Shown: piece by piece, positions 22,490-34,400 of the stretch
How the letters are laid out: each line of letters opens with the position of its first letter
Position numbering within the stretch: position 1 is the first letter of the stretch
Origin: Klebsormidium nitens
Taxonomy: Eukaryota > Plantae > Klebsormidiophyceae
Direction: 5' to 3'
DNA: 64,000 bases
NCBI GenBank assembly: GCA_000708835.1
Contig: DF237186.1
Coordinates: forward strand, 1 to 64,000
Translations under genes and position numbers: made by a program
Notes under the pieces: generated by a model
Seen by the model: the letters and a program-made list of their open reading frames with translations, nothing else
Database searches by the model: none
Told to the model about the DNA's origin: nothing

Positions 22490-25400
22490 TGAGGCGATTG
22501 TGACGTCCACCGAGTGCATGATTGGACCGGAGGGTGACGTTACCGACACCACCGAGGAGCAGTGCCACCGTCTGAGCCTGCCTGGACCCCTGCTGACGCC
22601 CGAAGAGGTGGGATGACGCCCCAGTCTTTGATATTCTTTTTAACGCAGAAATAGCCGTGTGAGTTTGGAAGCAAATTTGAGGACGAGCCTGGAAGACTGT
22701 TTCTCTTGCGTCTGTTGTTTCTCTTTTGAGTTGAGAACGTCATGAGTTGGACAGTGGGACGAGGCTCAGCGAGCAGAAATTTTATGTTTCCGTGGGAAGG
22801 GCGCTCGTTCGGCGTTTCTTTGTAGTTCTCTTTCTTTCTTTCCCTTCGTTGGAGCTGCCTTGGAACGTGCTTCACCGCGCTTTGAAAACGAATCCGAACA
22901 AGAGGTAGAGAAAATGGTAAAACTGGAATTGGTTACCATTCCCTTTCTCTTGTGCTTATGATTTGGTACTCGTGTCCCGGGAATAGTGTGTGGGATGATG
23001 ACATCGAATGTCGCCCCAGTCCTATCGGCATTACGCCATGAGGATTGACCCAAAGCTGAAGTTCCATCAGCTCTGACCACACATGTCTCCAATTGAATGC
23101 GGCAAGACACACCCTCGAACAGACAAGCTTGCGAAAGATTGTAGCCACTTTCTAGATCGGTCTGTCTGACTTCGCTTTCCGCTTTCCTTAGTGAGACTGG
23201 TTTTCTGTTTTTAAGGAGCTTGCAGCACAGAGTATCCTGGTTGAACTTCTTCAGACAGTCTGCAGGGTGACAGCTCGACCCCTTGTTCGCCCTTGCAAAG
23301 CTTCAAAGCTTTCAGACCTCTACCTTTCCATGATTGCTCGTTTCGGAACCAGCCGTTGGCCATGTGTCACCACAAGGAGGCCATGCTTTGACAAATTCTT
23401 ACGGCTCATGGGTCCATTGTTTGTTCTCGCAGACTCCCCATAAGATTTTGTTTGTGCCGAAATGAAAGCTTGCATAATCGCCTTTGCTGAATTGGCATTT
23501 TGCCACGTGTCACCAGATGGAGGCCCTGAAGAAGATGGACCACCGCGGCTGGCGCACCCAGACCGTTGACATCACGTTTCCCAAGTCGGAGGGAGCCGCC
23601 GGCCTCGAGAACGCACTCGTGCGCATCTGCGGGGAGGTGACGCAGGCGCTCGCAGATGGGTACAAGATGCTCGTGCTCTCAGACAGAGGTGAGGGGACGC
23701 TAGGTTTCTGGGGTTTCTATCTCCATGACCGAAAGGACCACTTTCCAAATCGGTTATGTCAGAGCGTTGCCGAATCCTGCCGATCTGTGAGCTTTGCCCT
23801 TACCACCGAAGAGATGGGCTCCGGTGTAGATCCTGAGGACACTGTAATATCAAGCTGCGTTCGTTATTCGAACAGTAGTTTTTAAGAGGCTGCCGATGTG
23901 CCCTTAATCCTTATTCATGTGCATCGTATTCCCCACAGCGACGTCCCCAAGTTCCACAAGTCAACAAGTTCCTTCAAGTTTTGCCCTTACTTTCCCGCAG
24001 CCACGTCCCCGTCCCGCGTTCCCGTGAGCGCGCTCCTCGCGGTCGGCGCGGTGCACCACCACCTGGTTTCCACGCGGCAGCGCACCAAGATCGGGCTCGC
24101 CATCGAGACCGGCGAGGCGCGCGAAGTGCACCACTTCTGCACGCTCGTCGGCTATGGCGCTGACGCGATCTGCCCGTACCTCGCGATTGAGGCGATCTGG
24201 CGGCTGCAGATCGACGGGAAGGTGCCGCCGACGAAGGACGGGAAGCTGCGGACCAAGGACGAGCTGACGCGGACGTTCTTCAAGGCGTCCAACAGCGGCG
24301 TGCTCAAGGTGAGGGGTTACGGGAATCTAGATTACGTGGGACCATCTTCAATTTTGATGAGTTGTAGACTTTTGTTGAGAACGCGACAGGTGTAATCAGT
24401 CGCAGGTGGCAAGGATAGTTTCTGCTTTCTTGCCCTTGACTAAGCTTAATGCGTCAACAGCATCGCACTGATGAAGAGAAAGGACTGCTATTAACCAGCG
24501 AAACACTTCGAATAGAGGCGCTTGAATAGATTTGTATGAAGGTAGTTTAGTTCGGCCGTCACGCTTGACAGGGTGGGTGATGAAAAATGCTTTTAGAATC
24601 TTTCGAGGGGGAACGTTGAATCGCAAGTTGCAAAGAGGAAGAGGATGTCAAAACTAGGATAAAGGAGTAGAAATGTTACAAAAACGGGTATCTATGGCGA
24701 AGAACATGTCCGAATCAGCTCACTGAACTTTATCTCTTCACCACAGGTGCTGGCTAAGATGGGCATCAGCACGCTGGCCAGTTACAAGGGCGCGCAGATC
24801 TTCGAGGCGCTGGGCCTGTCAGGCGAGGTCGTCGAGCGGTGCTTCAAGGGCACGCCTAGCCGCGTCCAGGGCTCCACGTTCCTCAACCTGGGGGAAGACA
24901 CACTCAGGCTGCACGACTTAGCCTTCCCCCCCCGCCGCCTCGCCCCGGAGGGCAGCGCAGAGGCGCACGCGCTGCCAAATCCAGGTGCGCTCAACGGATT
25001 TGGGATTTTGTCGAAGCGCTCTCAAGTTTCGTATTTCAACTTCTGATGAATCGGATTTTGACCTGTGTAGCGAGTGCCGTATGAGATTGAAATGTTAAAG
25101 TGTGGACCAGGGGGCTTCTTTCCTGGGTTTTCAAAGGCGACTATAGTAGCCTCATCACCACTCGTCCGCTACATGGTCGGCTTTCAGCTGTTATTTTGGA
25201 CCACCCCCGGGCCCCGTTCGCAGGGGACTTTCATTGCCACCCATTCAGCAAGTTTCATGCGAGTAATCTCCTCCGACCTGGCGACCTTCGCTAGCCGATT
25301 GGTACCCAATGGTCGCCCCTTTCGCTGGTCGCCCTTTTCACTTTTCAAATCTCATGTTTGCCTCTTCCCGCAGGCGACTTCCACTACCGCAAGGACGGCG

Positions 25401-28400
25401 AGGTCCATTTGAACGACCCTACCGCGATTGCGAAGCTGCAGGAGGCGAGCAGCACCAACAGCCGCGTAGTCTACGCCGAGTTCGCCAAGATGACGCACGA
25501 GCTCAACAAGAAGGTCAACCTGCGCGGCATGCTGCGCTTCAAGACCGCGCCTGACGGGCCCATCCCGCTCGAGGAGGTCGAGCCCGCGTCAGAGATCGTC
25601 AAGCGCTTCTGCACCGGTGAGAATTCGCGAATGTGTCTGCCTAGGTTTGCCCGCTGCTTCGCTTTCCGTCCAGTGTGCCCGATCTTTCGTCTGGTGCAAC
25701 TTGGCGTCCTATCAGCAGGAAAAACGTGTATTGATCTCATGTCACCAGGAGTGGAAACTGGTGCTTCGATCAACAATTAGGGCGCATGTTCGCAATCCCT
25801 GGAAGTGTTCAACCTTCCAAACTCCCTGCTCTTCTTAATTGAGAATCTTGAGAGGTCGTCGACAGCACTGTTCTTGTAGGAAAAGTTCTCATTTGCACTG
25901 TAATGCCTAGGCGTTTGAACAAGGCTTGAAGAGCATTGGAGCCAGTGTCTCGAGCCGCTAGCCTCTCCTTAAAAGATCCTAACCGATTTCTGCAGGCGCC
26001 ATGAGCTACGGTTCCATTTCGCTCGAAGCCCACACCACTCTAGCGGAAGCCATGAACAAGATCGGCGGAAAGTCCAACACCGGCGAGGGGGGGGAGAACC
26101 CCGGCCGTTTGGAGCCCCTCGCCGATGGCAGCCAGAACCCGCAGCGGAGCGCCATCAAGCAAGTTGCCAGCGGTCGGTTTGGCGTGACCAGTTACTACCT
26201 AACCAACGCGGATGAGCTGCAGATCAAGATGGCGCAGGGGGCCAAGCCAGGTGAGGGTTTGGAAGGCGGGTTTGCATGAGAGTTAAGAGAAGGGTTTCAG
26301 GAGTATATGGAGGCGTTTCGACCTAGGGGGGAGGTAAATTCAGACTACGAGTTCGGAGGGAAGGTGAAAGAGAGCTTCGAAGGAAGGGCAGCGAGTGTTT
26401 GGTCCCCTTTCGTTATTTTTGAGGGATGATGGCGTGAGTTCTGGGTACAAGGTCAGATGCAATCAAAATGGACTCCGCTTCAGGAAGGGAAACTCTGAAA
26501 AGATGTCGGATTTGGATTAGCTCGAATCTCACTCCGCAGCGTCCTCTGTGTGCCGTCAACACCGCTTGAATCTAACACCCCCCCTCCTGGGTCGTCTTCA
26601 AACATCCCCCTCGTCTCACTCCGTTCTGAACCACCCCCTTTTTCATTTCTGTTCGACCCACCCCCTTTTCTGCTCCTCTCTGAACAACCCCCCCCTTTTT
26701 CGTCCTTTCAGGCGAGGGCGGCGAGCTCCCCGGTCACAAGGTCATTGGCGACATCGCCGTGACTCGTCACTCCACCCCCGGCGTGGGCCTCATCAGCCCA
26801 CCCCCCCATCACGACATTTACTCCATCGAAGATCTGGCGCAGCTCATCTACGATCTCAAGAATAGCAACCCGAGCGCGCGGGTCAGCGTCAAGCTGGTTT
26901 CGGAGGCGGGAGTGGGAGTCATCGCGTCGGGAGTGGTCAAGGGCCACGCTGGTAAGTTGATTGGGCTATTTTAATGGTTTCCTCGTCATTTTGATCCACC
27001 CGGCTGAGAAGCTTCTGGTTGTGTTTGGTATCTGTGGCTGCTTAGTGCAGAAGCTGAAGATGGCATTACCCTTGAAAATCGAAGCCGTTGTGCATCTGCA
27101 GTCAAGCTGACTGCAAGGACGTTTGCGCTCCCAAGGGATACAACATCTCAGTTCGGGACTCAATTTTCAATCTTGGACTGAAGTTGGGTTAATGGCATGG
27201 CAATTTGATGAGGCAACTCTTGGTTCAGGACTTGCTGCAATGAGCAGACCCAATCCATAAACCTCGTTTCACCACGTCTGACCCCACGCCTCCTTCACCA
27301 TTCCTACTTTCCACACACCCTAGACCACTTCTAACCTTTGAATCTGTCTCCTCCAGACCACGTGCTCATTTCCGGTCACGACGGCGGCACCGGCGCCTCC
27401 CGCTGGACCGGCATCAAGAACGCGGGGCTCCCCTGGGAGCTCGGTCTCGCGGAAACGCACCAGACCCTCGTTGCGAACGATCTCCGCGGCCGCACTGTCC
27501 TCCAAACCGACGGGCAGCTCAAGACCGGGCGTGACATCATGGTCGCGGCGCTCCTCGGCGCGGAAGAGTACGGGTTCAGCACCGCCCCGCTGATGACGAT
27601 CGGTTGCATCATGATGAGGAAGTGCCACAAGAACACGTGCCCCGTCGGGATTGCAACGCAGGACCCGGTGCTGCGTGAGAAGTTTGCGGGCGAGCCCGAG
27701 AACGTGGTTAACTACTTTTTCATGGTCGCGGAGGAGGCGCGCGAGTACATGGCGAGCATGGGCTTCCGCAACATCGACGAGATGGTCGGGCGCGCCGACA
27801 TGCTCGAGGTGGGTTTGATATTCAGTATGCTTTCGTTCAGGTTCGGAGACACTTCTGCTCTTCTGCTTTCGCCAAAACGGATTGTGGTGCTTTTTGCTTT
27901 TGCCGAAACAGCATTGCGTGGTGCGAATGTTGAGCTGGTTCGTGAGAAGCGTGGCAAGTCGGTCTTGTATAGCGACGCTTCTTTAGACAGAAGTTGGGAG
28001 ACTAGAGGCCCGAGCACCGGCTTAGATTACCATGGTGGAGTTTTTATTGACTACACGAGCCGAACACCGTGCAGATCCAGAGCATCACACCTTAGTAAGA
28101 AGACACAAAGAAGTAGCGCCTTCCCTTTACCGGCGGCTTAGGTCGCCGCTAATCTGATGCCCCATCGCTCCGGGAACAAACTCACAATCCAGGAGTCAAT
28201 TCTGTACATCACACTGTCACTGGATTGCTCTTTGTCTCAATCGCAGACGGATTCCAGTGCTCATTTCCCCTCGCTTTACACCTTACAGGTTTGACCCCGA
28301 TGTTGTCAACGCCTGCAACAAGCTGTCCCACCTCGACCTCTCCCCCCACCCTATCCCTTTAATTCCCAACCCACTCGGTAACACTCTTTAGTGGGCTCAT

Positions 28401-31400
28401 GTATCCTAAATTGATTGGAATCGCCTCTTTCCAGGTCGATCCTGACGTCGTCAATGCGCGCAACAAGCTGTCCCACCTGGACCTCTCCCCCATCCTGCTC
28501 CCTGCGTCCACTCTTCGCCCGGGCGCCGCACAGCGGTGCGTTCAGAAGCAGGACCACGAGCTGAACATGGCGCTCGACAACGAGCTTATCGAGCAGGCTA
28601 GGCCGGCGCTTGACAAGGGCATGCGGGTCTACTGCGAGGCGGAGGTGGTCAACGTTAACCGTGCGGTTGGGACCATGCTCAGTCATGAGGTAAGTGGAGG
28701 TACTGAAGGGTCGTTTGCAAGTCGGAGATGTTTGCGAGAAAAAATGAGGAATGGACATCGAAACTGGGTGAATCCTTCTGAACGATGCTCACTTTCTTGA
28801 GACCTTTTAACAGCCATCAAAGCCTTCAATTGCCTCATAATGACACCTGACCGATTCCCCCGAGCCACCTTCAATTGCATACGATTCTTGCTTTGCAAGA
28901 GGTGTGAGAGCCAGAGTGGATTTTTCTCGTTGCCTTCTTTATGCAAGAATTCTCTTCCTGAACCTCCTGGCCTCTCTGCAGGTGACCAAGATTTACAAGC
29001 GCGAGGGCCTCCCCGCCGACACGATCCACGTCAAGCTGACCGGCAGCGCGGGACAGTCCCTGGGCGCGTTCATGTGCGCGGGGATCACCCTGGAACTAGA
29101 GGGGGACAGCAACGACTACGTTGGTAAAGGTCTGTCCGGAGGAAAGGTCATCGTGTACCCCCCCCGCAAGAGCACGTTCAAGGCGGAGGAGAACATTGTG
29201 ATTGGCAACGTGGCGCTGTACGGTGCGACGTCGGGCGAGTGCTACATCAACGGAATGGCTGCGGAGGTGAGGCGGAGTTTTGGTTGGAGCCCCATGGGTT
29301 GTGTCTAGTTGAAAGTCCACCTAGAGCTCTGAAAGTTGCTCATGGTGTTTGTAGGCAGGGCGGAAAGAGTAAGACCTGCTATTACACCGTCGTCCTGTCC
29401 GCAGAAAGGGCGATCGCTTTTGAAAGTCATGTGTTTAGCAGATGCGTCACGTTTTGACGGCCTTGTGAACGGCCTCATGTTTATGTTTCTGTAGAACATA
29501 AAAGAGTCTGTACCTTCCAGTCTAACATCATCGGACACATCTGTTTCAAGTGCTTTTTATCGCTTTACGAAAGCGCCCTTCTGTAGCCTCTTCTGTCAAT
29601 CCGTTCGTATCTTGTCCTGTCAAAAGTCGCTTCCGAACTACCGTTTCGTCTCCCAAGTCTCCTGGACCATTTACGCAAGGGGTTCCTCTTCCCGCTGGTC
29701 GTACTTCTCGCCTTTCGTTATTCTGTTGTCTTTGATTCCCCGCCGCTCTTTGCATCCTGTTTCCAACCCGCTAACCTCTCTCAACCTGCTAAGTTTGTCA
29801 TCCCGTTCGTCCAGCGCTTCTGCGTCCGCAACTCTTGTGCCAACCCGCCGAACTCTCTAAATCCTACTTAACCCCGCTTAACCCGTCCGTACAGCGCTTC
29901 TGCGTCCGCAACTCTGGCGCCAAGGCCGTTGTCGAGGGCGTGGGCGACCACTGCTGCGAGTACATGACCGGCGGAGTGACCGTCGTTCTGGGCGGAACGG
30001 GGCGGAACTTCGGCGCCGGAATGAGCGGCGGAGTGGCCTACGTTCTGGACATCGAGAAGGGGTTCAAGCAGAAGTGCAACCGGGGGACGGTGGACCTGGA
30101 GAAGGTGACGGACGAGGAGGACAAGCTGGAGCTCAAGTTCCTCATCCAGCAGCACCGGCGGCACACCAACTCGTGAGGCCGTGGTTCTGTTCGCCTGTTC
30201 CTTTCTCGCTTCTATTGCTCGCAAATAGAAGCTGAAAAGCCCGAGCGATTACGAAACGTGCCTAGCTACTCCGCTTCTTTTGCTTTTCGTTCGTTGCGAA
30301 GTTGTTCCCGATCTTTTCTGCCTCTTTCTGCGGCCCTTGGCTTGTCTCTGATTCCTGAACTCACTTACCAAATCACCTTCTTAGCAGCCACCCCGTCAGT
30401 AAACCCCATCTAAATGTGCGGCTGATCGAAAGAGTGCTGGCCAGCTCCGAGCACCTTGCTTCTTTATGAGCCCACCACCCTCTCAGATTCCGTCCTCTAA
30501 GCCCGTCGACTCCCCGATGATATGTCCTTAGCCCCACCTTTAACCCCGCTTTCTTCTTCCCTCCAGCCGCCTCGCCAAGTGGGTGCTGGCCAACCTCGAG
30601 CAGCTGCTCCCGGTGTTACCACAAGGTCATACCCGGCCCATACCAGAACATCATGTAACCCCTCTTTGACCCCGGTTATATTACCCCAACCCACTCCGCT
30701 TTCTTCTTCTTTTTCCAGCCGCCTCGCCAAGTGGGTGCTGGCCAACTTCGAGCAGCTGCTCCCCAAGTTCCACAAGGTCATGCCCCGCGACTACAAGGCG
30801 GTCCTGGAAGCCAACAAGGCCGCCAAGCGCGAAGCCGAGGAGAAGGCCGCGGAAGCGGAGCGGCTGCAAAAGGCGGACGCTTTCGCGGAGCTGCAGAAGC
30901 TGGCGCAGGATGCGGCTGCTAACGGGGTGTCGCCGCAAGTCGAGGTGAGGGCTAAATGCGTATGTACTTCTTGATGCTCGCGGAGTGCTTATCATCTTTG
31001 CTGCTTGCCGCGGGACCTCGGCACACTCCAACCCAGACCTTCGGACGCCAAGACAGTGTCAGGCTCAGGCCAGTCTCCATGGCTCACGGCAAATATCTCG
31101 AAGAGAAGCCCACGGATGTCCAGAAGATCAAGCCTGAGCGCCTCCGCTGAGTTCTTATCGAAGTTGCATGTTATCCCCGTCGCTTCTAGGGATATCATGA
31201 ACTCAAGCAAGCTCCCACCTCTTCCACCTCTCGAGAAAAGGAGCACACAAGCCGCTGAACGGCAAGTCCAAGCGGCCGATCCATTTCCATCTCTTCATAT
31301 GGAAGAATCTCGTAAATCTGCCCGTACCTTTTGCCTATGCTCGACTCCTTCTCTACTTCTATAGCATGCACTCGAGCTGCTGAACGGGCAGCTCAAGCGA

Positions 31401-34400
31401 CCGACGCACCTCCTCCTTATAGCCTTTGGCGAGCCCCGTAGCTTATGTTGAAACTTATTCTTTGCCCCTCAGGAGAAGCACGTGGAGCTGCTGAACGGCC
31501 AGCCCAGGCGGCCGACACTCCATTTGGTTTCGCTTCATTGCTTCTCGCGAGCCCCATACCTTATGCTCAACGCTAGTCTTGTTTCCTCCCTTCCAGGAGA
31601 AGCACGTCGAGCTGCTGAACGGGCAGCCCAAGCGCCCGACGCGCCTCGCCGACGCGGTGAAGAACCGTGGCTTCGTCATGTACGAGCGCGAGGCGCTGCC
31701 GTACCGGCCCGCGGAGGAGCGCGTGAAGGACTGGAAGGAGGTTTTGGCAGGCGAGAGGCAGGACGATCTGCTGAAGGCGCAGTCTGCGCGGTGCATGGAC
31801 TGCGGGACGCCGTTCTGCCACCAGGAGACGAGCGGGTGCCCGCTTGGGAACAAGATCCCCGAGTGGAATGAGCTGGTGCATCAGGTATGGCCGAAAGCCG
31901 CTTGTTTGGGGCATTCAGTTCCTAAGGATGTTAGATTGCGTCCCTGCGAGATGCAAATTTTCGGCGTTGGTCGGTCCGTTGTTGATACTTTCTTTTCTCA
32001 ATCGAGTTCACGAAAGGTACGTCGAACGAAAAGATGCCTTTCTGCTTCGTACGTGCTCATGCGGGGCAGCTTTTCCCGCAATTCGAGAGAGGATTTTCTT
32101 GGTCTTTTAACGCTTCGTTGGAGAGTCTTCCATCGTTCCTTCCAGCTTTCGTTGGTGTCCTACAGTAGTGCATAAGCGTTCGCTGCTCGTCCAAAACCCC
32201 TTGATCTTCGGATTCTCTGAGAGTGCCCTCGTAATTGTCTAGAGAATTTTGGCCGGAAGGAAGGGAGTCTTTCGTCGGAAGTGTTACGCGAAACCTCCCA
32301 CAAACGCCTCCTACCGCCCCTCAACCAGCTCTTTCACCTCGTCTTGACCACGCTCTTCCAGCGCCGTTGGTGCGAGGCTTTCTACCGTCTCCTCGAGATC
32401 AACAAATCCACAGAGTAAATACTACACAACTTTCTTTCACCTTCTCCCTTTTCGTTAACCCGGCCTCGGTGCTTCTTAAGCCTTCTCTAGACCTGTCTGA
32501 ACCACTCTCTTCCAGGGCCATTGACGTGAGGCTCTCGACCGGCTGCTGGAAACTAATAACTGCCCCGAGCTCAACATACCCGAGATTGCTCTTTTCACCT
32601 TCTGCTCTTTTGCTACCTCGCCCTCGAACCCTACTAAACCGTCGTAATCACCCCTTTCCAGGGCCGCTGGCGTGAGGCCCTCGACCGGCTGCTCGAGACC
32701 AACAACTTCCCCGAGTTCACCGGCCGCGTCTGCCCCGCCCCGTGCGAGGGCGCCTGCGTTCTTGGCATCATAGAAAACCCGGTTACCATCAAAACTATGG
32801 AGTGCACCATTATCGATAAGGCATTCGAGAACGGGTGGATGGTCCCCCGACCCCCCGCGCAGCGCACCGGGAAGAAAGTGGCGGTCGTTGGGAGCGGTCC
32901 GGCGGGCATGGCGGCGGCGGATCAGCTGAACAAGGCGGGGCATAGCGTGACGGTGTATGAGCGTGCGGACCGGATCGGGGGGCTCATGATGTACGGCGTG
33001 CCCAACATGAAGACGGACAAGGTCGAGGTGAGGGGACAGGGGACCGTTGCGCAGGAGAGAGAGTTCTCTATTGCTGATCCCGTTTGTTTGAGCAACTCGA
33101 GTTTTTGTGTTCGTTACTACTTAGAAAGGGTGTACATCGGGCGGTTTTTGTGGCGTCTTTTGGGCCTCAAGAAAGCTATTACTTGACAAAAGCAACCCTC
33201 TGTCCTATATCGTCACGCCAAATCCTCACGCCTTATCCGTTATATCTCTCGTCGTTCGATCTGATCCTGCTTACTGCTTCGATGTCCGTTTCGATGCTGT
33301 CCAGATCATGAAGAGTACCGAAACCCTTGTATCGTAGGGCGAAGCTTGAAGGGCGAACAACGATCAACGAACGATCTTCCCCACTGTCTAGTTGGTGGAG
33401 CCCCTGTGAGCTCCATGTAAAGGGAGGCGTCCCATTCGTAACCAGCGCCCACGTGTGTTTGTCACTAACAGACTGAATCCTGCAGTTGACACATTCTTCA
33501 GATCCCAAACCCCAGGCGACGTTGCCTGCAGGTCGTCGAGCGCCGCGTGAACCTGATGCGCGAGGAGGGCATTGAGTTCGTGACCAGCGCGCACGTGGGC
33601 GTGGACGGCAACTTCCCCATCGAGAAGCTGCGCGCGGAGCACGACTCCGTCGTGCTCGCGCTGGGCGCGACCAAGCCACGTGACCTGCCGGTGCCGGGGC
33701 GGGAGCTCGCGGGCGTGCACTACGCGATGGAGTTCTTGACCGCCAACACCAAGTCGCTGCTGGACAGCAACCTCGAGGTAATTGGACGGACCGGAAGTAC
33801 TTTGAAATTGCGGTTTCAGTTCTGTTCTGTTGTGGTTTGCAGGTGGTTGCGGTGCTCGGGGCAGCAGCAGTGCGAGTTCTATTCTCAGTCTCTGCTTCCT
33901 GCTTGTCAGGGAGCGGGTTGAGTCAAGTGAAGTGTCACATTGCACAAACCCTGGATGACACAGGCGTGGAGAAATGTTAGAACCGCGGCGCATGTTTTTC
34001 ATCCAGCAGACTATCCAAAATTGACCCAGACCGTCGTCTTCAACTAGCTTCTGTATGAAGCCCAAATTGGTCATGCTCTGTCCCAACCCCTCTCTTGCTT
34101 TGCAGTGCGTCCATTGGTTTCCCCGCTTCCGCCACGGCCAGCAAACAGCGTTCTTGCAGTCTCCGCCTCCTCACAAGACTCAGCACACGAAACCTGCCCT
34201 TCCCTTAGCTGCTCAAATTAGTTCCTCACACTAGTTCCTCAACTGTCCTCTCCAGGACGGCAACCACATCTCCGCCAAGGACAAGTCAGTCATCGTCATC
34301 TGGGCAGTTCAGTAGATTCTCACTCCCCTTCTAAAGCCGCTGAATGACAACCCGTAGGCGACCCACTTCTGACCTCAACCTCCCTGATCCGCAGGACGGC

